Origin: Lytechinus pictus
Lineage: Eukaryota
Direction: 5' to 3'
DNA length: 64,000 nucleotides
Assembly: GCF_037042905.1 (NCBI RefSeq)
Contig: NC_087251.1
Location: forward strand, 17,486,001-17,550,000
Part shown: piece by piece, positions 60,320-64,000 of the stretch
Numbering within the stretch: the first letter of the stretch is position 1
How the letters are laid out: the number at the start of each line of letters is the position of its first letter
Notes under the pieces: generated by a model
Told to the model about the DNA's origin: nothing
Seen by the model: the letters and a program-made list of their open reading frames with translations, nothing else
The model's database searches: none
Made by a program: the position numbers and the translations under genes

Positions 60320-63300
60320 TCTTTACTTTCCAGAGCACCCCATCAAATCGCATGTTAACGTATGAACGAGCCCCCCTCCTCCATGCAACTCGTATGACAG
60401 CTTTTATGGCAAAGTGAATGTGTATCTCGCAGAGCGAGCAGCTTTCTATGATATGAAGGTTTTGGCTATGGTTTATTGCACTTTTCATACGAAGAGAGGA
60501 ACAAAATACTGTGTGCTCTCCTTGCAGTCGGAGTCAAGTTGATGTGATGACTGTCATTGTGAAGTAACATCATTAGTTGCCGAGGATCATATGGCTAATG
60601 GAAACAAACTCTTATTGTTGTCTCAATAAGATAAGTGTATTTTCTTCTCCCCACCTTTTTATCATTCATCATCAGTGTGGCTATTCCTGGAAATGTCCAC
60701 ATTGAAAATCTATTGGTGTATTTAAAAAGTAGAACGGCTATGGTGTAGATAAACGGTTTATTTAGGTTAGTAAATTATTGTTTCTTTTCATATTTTTCTT
60801 ACCATGAGCCAAACTTTTTTCTGCATATAAGTTGTGAAGAACCCTTGCGTTTGTTATATTTTCATGCTATTCAATGCTATTCATGAAAGTCTTGCTCGTT
60901 TGTATATGAATAATTGAATAACTGTGTGTATGAAGTGTGTACTGTAGCTGTTCTGCCCACTGGTGGCCGTCTGTAAGTCAAGCATGAATTTACAGAGCTA
61001 GCAAAAGGCGAGGGAGTTAGTGAATGTGAATCGGATGTTAAGTTCACAGAATTTGACAAGAATGATATGAGTATATTTTTCTTTTTTGATGAGTTTGCTG
61101 CTCGTAGACATTAATTCTCATGGACTGGCCATGATAGGTGGCTTCTGAAATGTGTACATTACTCTTCGATTGTAATTTATTCTCACTACGCTATTCCATA
61201 TGTATGTGTACAGATTGAATTATCAGGAGAAATTATACTCCTGTTGTGAGTGCGTCCTCAATATTCTTTTAAAATCCGGAATGTTTTAAAATGTTGCCTA
61301 GCATATTCATCCAGATTATCCATTTTTGTGAATCACCATTGAATTATGTTCAAGAGTTTAATAATCAAGAGTGTTCTTGTCACACTCTCTGTACCTGACT
61401 CTCTTATATGCTTCGTATAATGTCTTCGATAGTGGATGAATGAGCGAGTGAAATATATACATGTAAAAGCAATTAAGATATTTTGATAGATGTTGAATTT
61501 TGAGTGGCAGGTTGGTAGGTTTTTTTTTATTGTGAAACGTGTATTAGCTCACAATTGGAACATCTGTATTCCTTTTTGTATAAAATGCCTGATTTGAAGA
61601 TTATCTTCATCCAAAATATACCCATACCTAGTGATTCTCTTTAGTTATCAGAGACATGCTCCCAAGTTTTTTTTTTAAGTTTCTTTTTTTTTATCATAAT
61701 ATGTATTTGAATATATCTGTTAAGATTTTTATCATATTATTTATCTTCATTTGTATCCATAGTTAGTCTTGTGTTGTCAATCTACCTTATAACATGTGTA
61801 TGCATTTTTACTTTTAGTACTGTAATCTCTGTGATTTAAAGTTCAAAACAATCTATCTCTAAACCATTATCTATATTGAAGTTCTCCCAAATAGATTATC
61901 ACAATGCTGAGGGCCATGTATTTGCAATATTAGATGTAAAAAATATCACGCTTGATGGTGCAAAAATGAGAAATTTCATGTATACTAACATTGTGAAGCT
62001 TTGCTATATTTGAGTATGAATGACAAATGATGATAAACAATGATAAAAATAATAAAAATAATTGTAATTATAATAAAAAATGATAATAATTGTATAAACT
62101 AATTGAGCGCAAAGACCGTCCAGGGACACTCATGGCACTAGCCCAGTAACATGTATTCAAAATACATGTAAGAAGAAAGCCTAGCAAGATGTAAACCAAG
62201 TATGAGGAAATAATAGCAAATACCCATCAGCTTGCAATATTTATTCTGTTGATCACTGCATGCTTTTCTGAGCTCTCCTTTTATGTCTTACTTAGTGTTT
62301 TTTTTTAATAATCTGTGTGCCATGACCTAATGGGTCCACATCACAAAGCTTCAGCATGCACAGTTTAGACTGCATGAGCACTATTTTATTCTACATGGTC
62401 ATTGATATATGCCAAATTAATATCAATTATTCTTGGAAAGGAGAATTGCATAGACAATGTATTCTAATACACCTGTTTTATGAACCTGGATTAATGTGGC
62501 TGGCTTCTGTTTTCTTTCACATGTTTTATGCTTAGTGTAGATTAGAGGTAAGTGGGAAAATACAGACAGTACTCTTTGTGGAGGTCAAGGGTTAACTTGA
62601 TCTTTGTCCCTGACTTCAACATTCAATGAATGGATATTACCTGCTATAGGACAATTCCTTACAGCAGAGAACAACAGGTTACTGAACCTATTCTCTTATA
62701 GTGTAATAATGAGTGAAAGAATTGTGACTGGTAGTGTACATCCAGTATGTACTGACTTGGCCAGTGGTTTGCGTTTATCATAGCTTTAATAAAGAATATG
62801 TGGATCACCCAGCCTGTTTCAGCATCGTGGTTAATGTGCTCTATTTTTATATTCAAAACTCATATTTATCATCATTAACTTCTGTGTTTTGTTTGCTAGC
62901 ATAAAGTAGCATGCATGAAATACATTTTCACTTTATTTGCTAGTTTCTCTTGCACTTTCTATATACCTTATATGCATTTCATGCATATTTATGTATCATT
63001 TTAAGTGACCAAGTGATATATAAATGAAAATATGGAAAATACTTGTTCATGCACTTTGTAAAGGCAAGCATTTTTAAACTACCCCCCGTGACTGGACTCG
63101 AGAAACGACTCTTTTTCAATCCAGGAATTATATAACAATTCTTCTGTATATCTGATTGACTCTGACAGATTTGTAAATTAATGTGAAAAGATACTGTGCA
63201 TAGTGTATAAATGTTCATTTGTCTACACTGAATTATGACTAGCAATGAATTCTACTTGTAAAATGAGACGCAATTCATGCTTGGACCGATTCTAAGGCTC

Positions 63301-63528
63301 TGCATATCAAAGTTATAGCGAGTTGAGCCTATGTAGAACCTTTTGTCATTCGTCCATGTGTAGAAAAAGTAAATGTGTAATGGTTTTTAAATATTAATTT
63401 AGTTCATTTAGCCCTTTCAGATGAAATACTAACACCCAATTAGAATTTTGTGAAGTAGTTTTAATATTTTTACACCCACCCATGGTGTTAGTGTATGCAG
63501 TTGCCAAAGTATTTTGTTGTCAATCAAA

Positions 63529-63534
63529 AATAAA
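63529..63534 (+). terminator. Candidate polyadenylation signal, implying a ~3.2 kb striatin 3'UTR
   Basis: AATAAA with a second AATAAA a few bases later, after a long repeat-poor AT/GT-rich tract; other AATAAA copies lie near 62050-62075 and 62787. Confidence 0.3.
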
Positions 63535-63656
63535 GTATAAATAATGGATGAAATTTGCATGGTTATTATTCAGATACATCCATGTTTGTAAATCTTTCAT
63601 GTTCATATTGCAATGTAAAAATTTTAACAAATATTTCTACAGTCTATGCTTCTTGA

Positions 63657-63840
63657 TCTGACACTTTCACAAAGATGAAAGTGCGACTTAAAATTGTACT
63701 TTAAATCCCAGATGTGTGCAGTAGGTATAAATCATGCTCAGGGGATGCATGCTATTGCGTAATGATCAATTAGATTGCTGTATACACTCTTCACACATCT
63801 GGTGCTTTAAGTCACACTTCACTGTTTGTGAAACAGACCA
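63657..63840. mobile_element. Degenerate palindromic MITE
   Basis: Nested inverted blocks TTTCACAAA/TTTGTGAAA, AAGTGCGACTTAAA/TTTAAGTCACACTT, CCAGATGTGTG/CACACATCTGG. Confidence 0.6.
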
Positions 63841-64000
63841 ACATATGATATACAGTTTATGTCCACTGTGTAGAGTACAGAGGAATTCACTGTTGCAATA
63901 TAAAATACATGGCTATTCTTCACATAATGATATTAAATCCAAATCAAGTATTTTAATTTCTGAGTGCAAGATACATGTAAAGTGGACAGTTGGGTATCCA

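Overview
AT-rich eukaryotic (metazoan) genomic DNA. The intron style and repeat content suggest a marine invertebrate, probably a sea urchin; this is inference only. The window holds two head-to-head protein-coding genes. (1) The 5' part of NUP210/gp210 lies on the minus strand: ATG at 17964, seven phase-consistent exons down to 3744, then a U12-type (minor spliceosome) intron that runs off the window start. (2) A complete striatin-family (STRN3-like) gene lies on the plus strand: 18 coding exons, 24216-60319, 2385 nt, 794 aa by my exon sum. Introns and the intergenic region are packed with non-autonomous DNA transposons (TTAA, TA, 2-bp, 3-bp and 8-bp TSD classes), Helentron/pearl-like elements and a 5'-truncated LINE, several of them nested. 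The most unusual structure is a ~1.1 kb, 90-bp tandem array in NUP210 intron 5 whose unit is the exon-5 3' end plus its splice donor, giving about 11 extra donors. A similar, older exon-end duplication sits in intron 2. Most short ORFs in the track are noise.
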